Source: an uncultured Actinomycetota bacterium (GTDB taxonomy: Bacteria > Actinomycetota > Actinomycetes > JAHEKZ01). Taken from it: DNA of 64,000 nt. The position numbers and the translations under genes are program-made. Within the stretch, counting starts at the first letter, position 1. Each line of letters begins with the position of its first letter. Shown here one piece after another: positions 32,165 to 42,127 of this stretch. Under the pieces are notes generated by a model, which was not told the DNA's origin, did not search any database, and saw only the letters and a program-made list of their open reading frames with translations. The DNA lies in contig CAVQYR010000001.1 in NCBI GenBank assembly GCA_963718235.1, positions 1,248,001 to 1,312,000 on the forward strand, written 5' to 3'.

Positions 32165-35100
32165 GTGGCCACCTGTCGGGCGTGTGCGAAGGAGCTTCCC
32201 GGGGAGTTCCCGTTCTGCCCCTTCTGTGGGGCAGCCGTCGAGCCTGCTCCAGTCGCTGGTGAGCGTGAGCGGCGGGTAGTCACCGTCCTCTTCTGCGACC
32301 TGGTCGGCTCCACCGCGGCGGCGGAGCACGCCGACGTCGAGGACGTGCAACGGCGGCTGGTCGAGTACCACGACCTCACCCGCGCGCGCATCGAGGCCTT
32401 TGGTGGGGTGGTCGAGAAGTTCGTCGGCGACGCCGTGATGGCGGTCTTCGGCGCTGCGGTCGCGCACGAGGACGACGCCGAGCGCGCCGTTCGCGCAGGA
32501 CTCAGCATCGTCGAGGACGTCGCCTCGCTGCGCGACGTCCGGGTCCGAGTCGGGATCAACACGGGCGAGGTCCTGGTGGCCGTGGGTTCTCGCCCGGAGA
32601 CGGGCGAGAACTACGTCGTCGGTGACACCGTGAACACCGCGGCGAGAATCCAGACGGCAGCGCACCCCGACACCGTGCTGGTCGGTGAGTCGACCTACCG
32701 GGCCACAGACCGGGTCTTCGAGTATGCCGAGCGAGAACCGGTGAGCGCCAAGGGGAAGTCGGATCCGCTGAACGTCTGGCACGCGCTGGCTGCGAAGGCA
32801 CGGTTCGGCACGGACATGATGCGCGACCTTGGCACCCCAATGGTCGGGCGATCGCTGGAGCTCGCCGCCCTCCAGAACGCCCTCGCACGGGCCCGCGACG
32901 GCGGGATCCAGCTGGTCACCGTCGTCGGCGAGCCCGGGGTCGGCAAATCGCGCCTGGTTGCCGAGCTCTTCGCCCACATCGACCGGTCGGACGAGCTGCA
33001 CGTGTGGCGCCAGGGCCGGTGTCTGCCGTACGGCGACGGCATCGCCTACTGGGCCCTCGCCGAGATCGTCAAGGCTCATCTCGGCATCTACGACGGTGAC
33101 CCGGACGAGCAGGTCCGGCGCAAGCTCGATGCATTCATCGACGCAGGAGAGGATCGAGTCTGGCTGCGCGCACCGCTCGGTAGCCTGGTCGGTTCCTCCG
33201 ACGCGGCAGGTGTCGACCGCGAGACGGTGTTCTCCGCGTGGCGCCACTTCCTCGAGCTCATGGCCGAGGTCAGCCCGGCCATCATCGTGATCGAGGACCT
33301 GCACTGGGCCGACCCTTCGCTGCTGGACTTCCTGGAGTACCTGGCCGACTGGTCGCGAGAGTCCCCCCTGCTGGTAGTCGGAACGGCCCGTCCCGAGCTG
33401 CTCACCAGCCGGCCGACGTGGGCTGCGGGGCTCGCCAATGCGGGGACCCTGCGGGTGTCACCGCTCACCCCCGCCGAGACGAGGGACCTGATCACGTCCC
33501 ATCTCGCGAACACGCCCTTGCCGATCGACGTGCAGAACGCCGTGGTCGAGCGTTCGGGAGGCAACCCGCTGTACGCCGAGGAGTTCGTGCGCATGCTGCG
33601 CGATCGGGGGTCCCTGGATGACTCCGGACGACCGACCGATGACCTCGACCTCAGCAACATCACACTGCCCGAAACCGTGCAGGCGCTGATCGCCGCCCGA
33701 CTCGACACCCTGGCACCTGAGCTCAAGACGGTCGTCCAGGATGCCGCGGTCGTGGGAAAGGTGTTCTGGCGCGGTGCCGTCGCGGAGCTAGGGCAGCGAG
33801 ACACTGCCGATCTGGAGCGTTCGCTGCACGAACTGGTGCGCAAGGAGATGGTGCGCCCACTTCGCCGATCGTCGGTGCAGGGCGACCACGAGTACTCCTT
33901 CACCCACGCCCTCGTCAGGGACGTCGCCTACCAGCGCCTGCCCCGTAGCGAACGCCTGACTAGGCACCTGGCCACGGCGGAGTGGATCGAGCGCCTGGCC
34001 GGTGACGGGATCGGCGACGTCGCCGAGGTGCTCACGTACCACGCGACCTGCGCCATGGAACTCGCCAGGGCAGAAGGTGACACGGCCGCGGCCGAGCGGA
34101 TCAGACCGCTGCTCGTGAGGTATGCCATGCGGGCCGGGGACCACCTGCGCGCCATCGATGCCGTCCGAGCGCTCGCCCTCCTCGACCTCGCTCGCGGTCA
34201 CCTGGCCGACGACGACCCCCTGCGAGGCGAGGTCCTGCGTTCGTGGGCCTGGGCGGCGACGGCGTCCAGGTCCAACGCCGAGGTGACCGAGGCGATCGAG
34301 CAGGCCGTGGCCTTCTACCGCACGGCCGGCACCGACGCCGAACTTGCCGCGGCGCTGACGCAAGCCGCGCATGTGGCCGCCCAAGGCGCTCACCCGGAGG
34401 TGGACGCCGCCTACAACGCCGAGGCTCGGGCCCTGCTCGAGCCGCACGGTGACTCGTTCGCACTGGCGGAGGCGCTGGGCCACAGCGTCGTTCACGGCCG
34501 TGGCACCCGACCGGCCGCCGAGGAGCTCGCCATGGCGCAGCGGGCGGTCGCGATGGCCGACCGGCTCGGTGGTCCGGACGCGCCAGGGTCGGTGGACGCC
34601 TGGCTGTCGTCGCACAACGCGCACGCCACGATCACCCAGTTCGACAGCGCGGACGCCCTGAGCGAGTTCGAGGCGATGGCCGAGGTGGCCGACCGGCTGC
34701 GGCCGGATCGCTCCGACCGGGTCCGCAACAACCTCGCCATGGCCATGGGCTACCGCCTTGGCCCTCGAGCCGCGATCGACACCCTCGACGAGGCGAGCGC
34801 GACACAACGCAAACGCGGTCGCGAGGTGCACGCCTGGTGGCTCGACTCCACGTCCCTGGAGTTCCGGCTGCTCGCCGGCCGGCTGGAGCAGGCGGCCGAG
34901 GTTGCCGAGGCCGCCTTCGTGGCGCTCGGCGAGCGCGGGGTCTCCAGCTCGATCGAGGCGGCGGCGCAGCTGGTGCGCGCCCAGCTGGCGATGGGCCGGC
35001 AGGATGTGGCGCTTCCGGAGTCCGTGAGCGAAGGTCTGGTGACCAGGGACCCTGAGTACCGGAGCATCGCGGGGATCGCTGCCCTCGAGTGGCTGGTTGC

Positions 35101-35560
35101 CGCTGGGCAGGTGCAACGGGCCGGATCATCGCTTGAAGTGCTGTTGGGAGGCCTCGACCTGTTGGAGCTGCTGCCTCGCCTGCCCGCGTTCGCCCGGGTC
35201 GCTGCGGCCGCGGGCCGTCCGGACCTGGTCGGTGCCCTGCGTGACCTCGTCTCGGACGGCACGCCGCTGGGCCGGGCCGGTCGGCTCGCCGCGTCGGGCC
35301 TGGCGCTCGAACCCGCGGACCCGCCAGCGGCAGTCACCGCCTTCGAGGGCGCAGCTGCCGCGTTTGCCGAGCTGGGAGCCCAGTACGAAACGGCGCACAG
35401 TGTCGCCGGCGAGGGTCGCAGCAGGCTGGCCGCCCGTGGCCCCGCTGGTGACCCCGCCGGGGCCCGCACCACGCTGACCGAGGCGGCCCGCATGTTCGAC
35501 GAGATGCAGGCGGTCCCGGCGGGGCAGCGGTGTCGAATCCTGCTGGAGTCGCTCGACTGA
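32165..35560 (+). CDS. Zn-ribbon + class III adenylate/guanylate cyclase + AAA/STAND ATPase + helical repeats
   Basis: CRAC...FCPFCG; VLFCDLVGST, EKFVGDAV, GDTVNTAAR; GEPGVGKS, IEDLHWAD, GGNPLY, FTHALVRDVAY; TAGACT 6 nt before GTG. Confidence 0.9.
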   Translation: MATCRACAKELPGEFPFCPFCGAAVEPAPVAGERERRVVTVLFCDLVGSTAAAEHADVEDVQRRLVEYHDLTRARIEAFGGVVEKFVGDAVMAVFGAAVAHEDDAERAVRAGLSIVEDVASLRDVRVRVGINTGEVLVAVGSRPETGENYVVGDTVNTAARIQTAAHPDTVLVGESTYRATDRVFEYAEREPVSAKGKSDPLNVWHALAAKARFGTDMMRDLGTPMVGRSLELAALQNALARARDGGIQLVTVVGEPGVGKSRLVAELFAHIDRSDELHVWRQGRCLPYGDGIAYWALAEIVKAHLGIYDGDPDEQVRRKLDAFIDAGEDRVWLRAPLGSLVGSSDAAGVDRETVFSAWRHFLELMAEVSPAIIVIEDLHWADPSLLDFLEYLADWSRESPLLVVGTARPELLTSRPTWAAGLANAGTLRVSPLTPAETRDLITSHLANTPLPIDVQNAVVERSGGNPLYAEEFVRMLRDRGSLDDSGRPTDDLDLSNITLPETVQALIAARLDTLAPELKTVVQDAAVVGKVFWRGAVAELGQRDTADLERSLHELVRKEMVRPLRRSSVQGDHEYSFTHALVRDVAYQRLPRSERLTRHLATAEWIERLAGDGIGDVAEVLTYHATCAMELARAEGDTAAAERIRPLLVRYAMRAGDHLRAIDAVRALALLDLARGHLADDDPLRGEVLRSWAWAATASRSNAEVTEAIEQAVAFYRTAGTDAELAAALTQAAHVAAQGAHPEVDAAYNAEARALLEPHGDSFALAEALGHSVVHGRGTRPAAEELAMAQRAVAMADRLGGPDAPGSVDAWLSSHNAHATITQFDSADALSEFEAMAEVADRLRPDRSDRVRNNLAMAMGYRLGPRAAIDTLDEASATQRKRGREVHAWWLDSTSLEFRLLAGRLEQAAEVAEAAFVALGERGVSSSIEAAAQLVRAQLAMGRQDVALPESVSEGLVTRDPEYRSIAGIAALEWLVAAGQVQRAGSSLEVLLGGLDLLELLPRLPAFARVAAAAGRPDLVGALRDLVSDGTPLGRAGRLAASGLALEPADPPAAVTAFEGAAAAFAELGAQYETAHSVAGEGRSRLAARGPAGDPAGARTTLTEAARMFDEMQAVPAGQRCRILLESLD

Positions 35561-35597
35561 GTGGCCCATCACACAGGCGATGTCCAGTGCGGCGTCG

Positions 35598-36272
35598 TCA
35601 CCAGAGGCCGAGGCCGTCGAGGGCCTTGAGGAGGAACCAGGAACCGAAGACCAGACCGACCACGACGACGATGGCCCGGTTGTGCCGCTCCATCCAGTCC
35701 GACACCCTCGTGAGGAACGCGTCGCTGCGGCGCGGCGCCACGACTGCGACCGCGACCACAACCAGGACCAGCGACTGCGCGAGAAGGACGAACGCGACGT
35801 AGGTCACGACCGCCGCAGTGCCTGTGACGTCTGCCGCCTCGATCGCTCCAAGGGCGGACAGAGTGAACACCCAGAACTTGGCACTGACGGCGATCAGTCC
35901 TGCTCCGAGCAGGAAGGCCTTGCCGGGTCGAACCGCGTCGAAGGCGGCCATCCACCTCGGCGGTGGCGCGTCGGGGTCGTCGTCGGCGAACTGCGCGCGA
36001 GCGGCGGTGACGAGCAGCAGGATGCCGACCACGAGCAGCAGGACCGAGACGACCAGCGCCGGCTCGTCGGAGGAACCCGAGTCATCCGGCCGGACCAGCC
36101 AGCCGAACACGACACCCTGCGCCAGTCGGGTCGCGGTCATGCCGGCCACCCAGGCGGCCGCGGTCTTGCGACCCGCAGGAGCGCGCAGCAGCAGGACGGT
36201 GATCACGATCTGGACCGGTACGACGGTGCTGGCCAGGGCCAGCGGGATGAGGGTCGCCCAGAGCTCGGCCAA
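35598..36272 (-). CDS. GAP (Sap-like) family membrane protein
   Basis: IPLALA...P...VLLL, PPRWM, RVSDWMERHN; about 6 TM. Confidence 0.75.
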   Translation of the reverse strand: MAELWATLIPLALASTVVPVQIVITVLLLRAPAGRKTAAAWVAGMTATRLAQGVVFGWLVRPDDSGSSDEPALVVSVLLLVVGILLLVTAARAQFADDDPDAPPPRWMAAFDAVRPGKAFLLGAGLIAVSAKFWVFTLSALGAIEAADVTGTAAVVTYVAFVLLAQSLVLVVVAVAVVAPRRSDAFLTRVSDWMERHNRAIVVVVGLVFGSWFLLKALDGLGLW

Positions 36273-36452
36273 TGCACCTCACCTCGCCCTCGTCGATGCC
36301 TTGCCGATGTCCTGCGGTGACGCTACCGGTCACGGGATCGAGCCGCCGGCATGGTTGCGCGCTCTTCTGCGATGGGCGCTGAGTCTCCCGCGATAGCCTG
36401 CCGGGCAGAGGTCTGCGGTGCCAGGCGGAGGTCCGCGTCAGGGAGGAGTGCC

Positions 36453-37595
36453 ATGAACCGCATCGTGGTCAGGGAGGCTGACGGCTTTCCGCGGGTCAGT
36501 GTCAGTGAGGGCGGACGCGAGGTCGAGCTGCCGGCGCTGTGGCTGCGCCAGTACAGCCCCGAGGCCAGCGAGTGCGACCCGATCACCGGCCAGAGGCTGT
36601 TCGACCCTCACCTGCTGCCGGTCGACCTCCACCTGGTTGCCGTCGAGTCGGAGGGCGACCGCCTCGTCGTCACCTTCAGCGACGGGCACACCTCGACCTT
36701 CGACCAGGCGGAACTTCTCGCCAACGTCGTGCTCTCCGACGGTCTGCCGGCTCCCATTCACTGGCACGCGGACAGCGGCCAGCCTCATGTGCGGTCCTGG
36801 GTCGAGCTTGATGACCCGGCCGCCGAACGGGACGCGCTCGAGGACTTCCTCGCCTACGGCGCGATCGTGTTCGACGGCCTGCCGACGTCCGAGGGCGCCA
36901 TGCTCCATGTGGCTACGCGGTTCGGCTACGTTCGCGAAACCAACTTCGGGCCTGTTTTCGACGTTCGCTCGGTCCCGGACTCGACCGACCTCGCCTACCG
37001 CGCTGTTGCGCTGACTGCCCACACCGACAACCCCTATCGCACGCCCGTTCCCGGGATTCAGCTGTTGCACTGCCTGGTCAACGACACGACGGGCGGTGAG
37101 TCGACTCTCGTTGACGGGCTGGCCGTCGTCGACCAGCTCCAGGCAGATGACCCGGAGGCGGTCGACCTCCTGGCCGCGGTTCCCGTTCGGTTCCACTACC
37201 GCGACGCCGACACCGACATCGTCACGATCCGCCCGGTCGTCGACCGTGACCACTCGGGAACCGTGATCGGCCTCAACTACAGCCCCCGGCTCGACGAGGT
37301 CCCACTCCTTGCTCCTGATGAGACACGGCGGTACCAGTCCGCGCGCCAGCGGCTGGCGCACCTGCTCGCCAGCCCCGAGTTCGAGGTCCGGTTCGCGCTG
37401 GGTGCGGGCCAGCTGATGATGTTCGACAACAACCGCGTGATGCACGGGCGTACCGGATTCGACCCCAGCGAGGGCCTGCGTCACCTGCAGGGCTGCTACA
37501 TCGACCAGGACGGCCCGCGTACCCGCTTCCGGGTGCTCAGTCGACGACTTGCGGCGGCGGGGTCCGCGGCAGAGGAATCCGTGGAGCGTGTGTGA
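36453..37595 (+). CDS. Gamma-butyrobetaine hydroxylase/TmpA-like Fe(II)/2OG dioxygenase
   Basis: N-terminal DUF971-like (LWLR...TGQRL...FSDGH); HTDNPYR..PGIQLLHCL, DNNRVMHGR, RHLQGCY; GGAGG SD. Confidence 0.88.
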   Translation: MNRIVVREADGFPRVSVSEGGREVELPALWLRQYSPEASECDPITGQRLFDPHLLPVDLHLVAVESEGDRLVVTFSDGHTSTFDQAELLANVVLSDGLPAPIHWHADSGQPHVRSWVELDDPAAERDALEDFLAYGAIVFDGLPTSEGAMLHVATRFGYVRETNFGPVFDVRSVPDSTDLAYRAVALTAHTDNPYRTPVPGIQLLHCLVNDTTGGESTLVDGLAVVDQLQADDPEAVDLLAAVPVRFHYRDADTDIVTIRPVVDRDHSGTVIGLNYSPRLDEVPLLAPDETRRYQSARQRLAHLLASPEFEVRFALGAGQLMMFDNNRVMHGRTGFDPSEGLRHLQGCYIDQDGPRTRFRVLSRRLAAAGSAAEESVERV

Positions 37596-38197
37596 TGACC
37601 ACCACCGACCGTGACCTCGAGCCATCAGGTCCCAGTGTTGCCTTCACCCAGATGAAGGACGGGACGCGCGCTGAGTACCAGTACCTTCGGCGTCTCGAGC
37701 ACGAATACCAGGCTGCGTTGCCCGACCGCGTGATGGCGGCGCTGCGCCGCCTCGACGACGGGCTCGCCGGCTATCAGGTCAGTCGCCTCGAGCACTCGCT
37801 GCAGGCGGCTACGCGCGCGGAGGCTGATGGAGCGGACGTCGAGATGATCGTCGGCGCGCTGGTCCACGACCTCGGCGACGAGCTCGCTCCTGACAACCAC
37901 TCACAGCTGGCGGTGGCGATCGTCCGCCCCTACGTGCGGGCCGAGGTCACCTGGGTGATCGAGATGCACGGCGTCTTCCAGATGGTCTACTACGGCGAGC
38001 ACGTGGGGCTCGACCCGAACGCCCGCGACGCCTATCGCGACCATCAATGGTTCGACAGCTGCGCGACCTTCTGCGAGCGCTGGGACCAGTCGTCCTTCGA
38101 CCCGGACTACCCGACCAAGCCGCTGGAGCACTTCGAGCCGATGCTGCGCGAGGTCTTCGGTCGAACTGCCTTCGACCCCGCCACCGGCTGTCGCTGA
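37595..38197 (+). CDS. HD-domain diiron oxygenase-like protein (PhnZ/MIOX superfamily, non-PhnZ clade)
   Basis: FTQMKDGT, LEHSLQ, VHDLGD, NHSQ, MHGVFQ, RWDQSSFDP; coupled to the upstream dioxygenase (alternative start GTG 37592). Confidence 0.82.
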   Translation: MTTTDRDLEPSGPSVAFTQMKDGTRAEYQYLRRLEHEYQAALPDRVMAALRRLDDGLAGYQVSRLEHSLQAATRAEADGADVEMIVGALVHDLGDELAPDNHSQLAVAIVRPYVRAEVTWVIEMHGVFQMVYYGEHVGLDPNARDAYRDHQWFDSCATFCERWDQSSFDPDYPTKPLEHFEPMLREVFGRTAFDPATGCR

Positions 38198-38240
38198 CCC
38201 CAGCCGGCCGTCCTGGTTCGGCGGCCGGGCGACCGGCCAG

Positions 38241-40044
38241 TCAGCGCACGGTGACCGACCGGGTCCAGCCCGACCACGAGCCGGCACCAACGCTGTTGAT
38301 GGCACGGATGCGGAACCGGTAGGACGAACCGACCTTGAGGTGGTCGAAGCGCAGCTGACGGACCGTCCCCTTCACGACTCGTTGCTGGCCCCTCGAGGTG
38401 ACGATGCTGTAGCGCAGCACTGGGGCGCCGTTCGGCGGTGCAGCCGTCCAGGTCAGTACGGCTGACTTCCTGGCTGGTTTGGCCGACAGGCGCTGGACCC
38501 GGCCCGGAGCCCCCGCGGGGCGCACGGTGTTGCTCGTGGTGGCCGGTCCGGTGCCCACGTCGTTGGTCGCCGCGACGGTGAAGCGGTAGCGGTGGCCGTT
38601 GCGCAGACCGGTGACGACCGTGCCACGTGCCTTGGCCCCCACGGTCTTGGTCTGCCCGCCCGGCAGCCTGGTCACCACGTAGGAGGTGATGGGTGAGCCG
38701 TTGGGCTTGCCCGCAGTCCAGGTCAGAGTCGCCCGGCCATTGCCCGCCTTGGCGGTGACGACCGACGGCGGTCGTGCGGAGCCTGCGGGCACGACCGCGC
38801 TCGTCGGGCTCGAGGGCGCGCCGGTTCCGGCGTCGCTCTGTGCCACCACCGCGAACGTGTAGGAGCGGCCGTTCGTCAGGCCGTTGACGGTGCAGCTCAA
38901 CGTCGAGGTGGTGCAGGTCCTTGCCCTCGGGAGTCGACGTCGCCACGTACTGCGTGATCGGGTCGCTGCCGGAACTGGTCGGGGCACTCCACTTCACCGT
39001 TGCCGAGGCGTCTCCCGGCACGGCCTAGCGCTTTGCGTGGTGCGCCAGGCGGAGTGGCGGCGATGTTGACGCTGTGCGGTGGCGCTGTCCTTGCTGCCGG
39101 CGTTGTCGGTCACAGTCAGGGTGACCTGGTAGGTGCCGGACGCTGCGTACACATGGGTCGGGCTGGCCGCGGTCGATGTGGCGCCGTCGCCGAACGCCCA
39201 CGCATACGACTCGATCGTGCCGTCGGGATCGCTGGAACCGCTCGAGTCGAAGGAGCACGACTTGTTCACGCAGGAGGACGTGAACGTCGCTGTCGGGGGC
39301 TGGTTGCCAGACGCACCTCGGTCGAGACACGGACGTAGTCGATGTCGCCGGAGAAGTAGTCGCAGGTGATGGTCACCTGGTCGCAGTTGTGCTTGCCGCC
39401 GATGGTGAACGGCTGCTTGTTGTTGATCGGACCTGTCGCGCCGTTCTTGATGGCCACCCGCACACCGTCGACATACTGCTTGACCTGGGTCGCCGTGTGC
39501 ACGCAGGTGACGGTGTGCCACTGCCCGTCGTTCAACGCAGCGGGGGAGCCGGTGCCGACCCGGGTGCCGTCGGCGCCCTTGAAGAGGCACTGGACGTTCC
39601 CTCCGGGACCCTGGACCTTGATCTGGCCGCCCTTGGTCGTGGACTGGCCCTTCTGCATGTAGTTGCCGAAGGGGCGGGTCGTGCGGAACCGGAACTCCAG
39701 GGTGTACGTGGCCGTTGGGGTCAGGGATGTCGAGCCGGATCGTCGTCTGGGACCTGGACGACCCTTGCCTCCTGGACGGGGAGGCAGGCCGGGCACCGCT
39801 CAGCCCAGCTGTAGTACGAGCCGTTGGACGTCAGACCGACCGACGCAGCGTCGGGGCTGATCTGGCCATTGATCCCGTTCCCACTCGAGTCGACCATCAC
39901 CGACGACCCGGCTGACTCGTCGAGCTGCCAGTCGGCGACCACTGCGGTCGCGGCCTGCGCGGGGGCGACCCACGGCGGCGCGGTCAGTCCCACCGCGGCA
40001 AGGGCGAGGACGGTGACCACGATCCCGACACGCTTCATCGACAC
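38241..40044 (-). CDS. Secreted LamG-like + PKD + 3x fibronectin type III protein with about 6 frameshifts (error or pseudogene)
   Basis: Signal peptide ...AQAA; WQLDE..DSSGNG; LNDGQWHTV...YVDG...FSGDIDYVR; NQPPTA...SSDPDGTI..YAWAFGDG; repeated GSPITSY/GLTNG.SYTF.V.A. Confidence 0.75.
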
Positions 40045-40325
40045 CCCTGAGGACGATCCTGGACGGCTTGGGGTGCAAAGCCTTGCCCCCCATACGAACG
40101 CACTAGTGAGCCATAGGTATCACCAAATCCGCGTGCGCCGCTGACGAACGACGATCCAGTGAGCGAGCGACTACATCCAGTCATCGCTCCCGACCTGCGG
40201 ACTCCCGCAGACGGGTGCCTTCGTCACGTGCAGTGAGCGCTGGTCACAGCAGGTGACCTTGCGGTCGGCGGCATCGCGACAGACCCCTCGTGCACCTTCG
40301 AGACACGTGCGGTTAGCGTCCAGGG

Positions 40326-41201
40326 ATGCGCATGGGAGTGGTGATCCTTCCGGACAGCCGGTGGCCGGCAGCGCTGGACCGGTGGCGCGAAGCCGAGCGG
40401 TTCGGGTTCGCCACGGCATGGACCTACGACCACCTGTCGTGGCGGTCGTTGCGCGACGGACCCTGGCTGGGCACGGTCCCGCTGCTGGCCGCGGTCGCCA
40501 CCTCGACCACCACCCTGCGGTTCGGCACGCTGGTGGCCAGCCCGAACTTCCGTCACCCAGCGCCGCTGGCCAAGGACGTGATGACTCTCGACGAGATCAG
40601 TGGCGGGCGGCTGGAGCTGGGAGTCGGGGCAGGTGGTGGCGGCTTCGACTCGACGGTGCTCGGGCAGCCGCCGCTGACCGTCGCCCAGAAGGCTGCCCGG
40701 TTCGAGGAGTTCGTCGACGCGCTCGACGTACTTCTGCGCGAGCCAGCCTCTTCGTACTCCGGTGAGTTCTTCACGGTCGTGGAATCGCGGACATACCCGG
40801 GGTGCGCCCAGCGACCGCGGGTCCCTTTCACCGTGGCTGCGTCGGGACCGAGGTCGTTACGCGTGGCCGCTCGACATGGCCAGGGGTGGGTTACGGTCGG
40901 CGCATCCGGGAGCGGCGCGTCGTCGCAGGCATGGTTCGACGCCGTGACCCTCCAGGTCGCGAACCTGGCAGCAGCCTGTGAGCGAGAGGGACGAGACCCG
41001 GACTCGCTGCGCCGGGTCGCGCTGGTCAACCTCGAGGCCCAGTGGGCGCAGGGATCGGTCAGCGTGTGGGACGACTTCTGCGGGCGGGTGGAGGAGCTGG
41101 GCTTCACTGACGTTGTCGTGCACTGGCCACGACCGGAGGACCCGACGTGGCCGGGGCCGCCGATGAACGTGTTCGACGAGATCTGCAGCAGACTGCGCTG
41201 A
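40326..41201 (+). CDS. LLM class flavin-dependent oxidoreductase
   Basis: AWTYDHL, GTLVASPNFRHP, TLDEISGGRLELGVGAG; TAGCGT 6 nt before ATG. Confidence 0.88.
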   Translation: MRMGVVILPDSRWPAALDRWREAERFGFATAWTYDHLSWRSLRDGPWLGTVPLLAAVATSTTTLRFGTLVASPNFRHPAPLAKDVMTLDEISGGRLELGVGAGGGGFDSTVLGQPPLTVAQKAARFEEFVDALDVLLREPASSYSGEFFTVVESRTYPGCAQRPRVPFTVAASGPRSLRVAARHGQGWVTVGASGSGASSQAWFDAVTLQVANLAAACEREGRDPDSLRRVALVNLEAQWAQGSVSVWDDFCGRVEELGFTDVVVHWPRPEDPTWPGPPMNVFDEICSRLR

Positions 41202-41202
41202 C

Positions 41203-42081
41203 TCACCGACGGGTCGGGCGGATCCCGTCGGCGGCCTGAGCGAAACGGTCACCGAGGCGCACGTCGTCACCCTGGTCCAGGACGACGGTGAGCGCGGCGG
41301 CCCAACCGTGACAGAACAGCTGCCAGCCGTCGTGCACGCCGTGCAGCTCATCGAGCTGCCGACGGGCCTGCTCCAGGAACTGCAGGTCGCCTCGGTAGTT
41401 GAGCTCCCAGACGGTGGCCCCGGGTGGGAAACGCACCGAGTCGGTGGTGGGGGAGCCGGGTCGGTCCTTGCCCAACCCGGTGGCGTTGACGATCAGCGAC
41501 CCGGGCGGGGACCCAGCCACCAGGTCATCCCAGGGTCCGCTGCCGAGGTGGTGCTCGACGGACCCTCCGGCTACGCGCGCGAGGCGTGCGACGGCGCCGG
41601 CCCGTGGTTCCGCGCACACGACGCGCACGCGCTCGCGACTCCTCGACAGGTGGTAGGCCAGGGCCAGGCCGGTGCCGCCGGCGCCGAGGCAGGTGACCTG
41701 CCCTTCGGCGGCCGGCCAGATCTGGTCGACGACTCGTCCGACCGAGACCGGGTCGCGCGCCCAACCCTCCAAGGACCCGGTCGGGGTCCGGCGAACCGCG
41801 TTGACCTCCTCGCACGCCTCAGCCACCGGGTCGAGCCAGCTGAAGCGAGACCGACCGGCGTGGAACAGACGCACCTTGTGCGTGGTCACCACCGCACCCG
41901 CCACCGAGGGGTCACGGCCCAGCTCGTCGAGCCACTGCACGTATGCGTCGTCGTCGGCATCGAGCGGGAGGTCGACCCCGCGGAGTCCGCACTGCGTGCC
42001 GAGCAGCGGCCGCCAGAGTGGAAACGCTCGATGGACCGACGAGGCACTGGTCGAGACACCGAGGAAGACGATGTCGGTCAC
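41203..42081 (-). CDS. Divergent shikimate dehydrogenase-fold protein
   Basis: FLGVST..SS, GAVVTTHK, LGAGGTG, VNATGLGKDRPGSP, WELNYRG, DGWQLFCHGW; TAGACT 6 nt before GTG. Confidence 0.75.
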   Translation of the reverse strand: MTDIVFLGVSTSASSVHRAFPLWRPLLGTQCGLRGVDLPLDADDDAYVQWLDELGRDPSVAGAVVTTHKVRLFHAGRSRFSWLDPVAEACEEVNAVRRTPTGSLEGWARDPVSVGRVVDQIWPAAEGQVTCLGAGGTGLALAYHLSRSRERVRVVCAEPRAGAVARLARVAGGSVEHHLGSGPWDDLVAGSPPGSLIVNATGLGKDRPGSPTTDSVRFPPGATVWELNYRGDLQFLEQARRQLDELHGVHDGWQLFCHGWAAALTVVLDQGDDVRLGDRFAQAADGIRPTRR

Positions 42082-42127
42082 GTGCGGAGTCTAGGTGTCG
42101 GCGCACTCGTCTCGGCGCCACGACGAC

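Noticed and set aside
36453-38197. Calling the pair tmpA/tmpB or phnY/phnZ
   Set aside because: The HD protein lacks the recognisable phosphonate-binding residues and there is no phn context
40045-40325. Riboswitch (e.g. c-di-AMP) upstream of the secreted protein
   Set aside because: Only a short hairpin is visible; no conserved aptamer motifs recognised
41203-42081. Calling this gene aroE
   Set aside because: AroE substrate motifs are altered and the context is sugar metabolism
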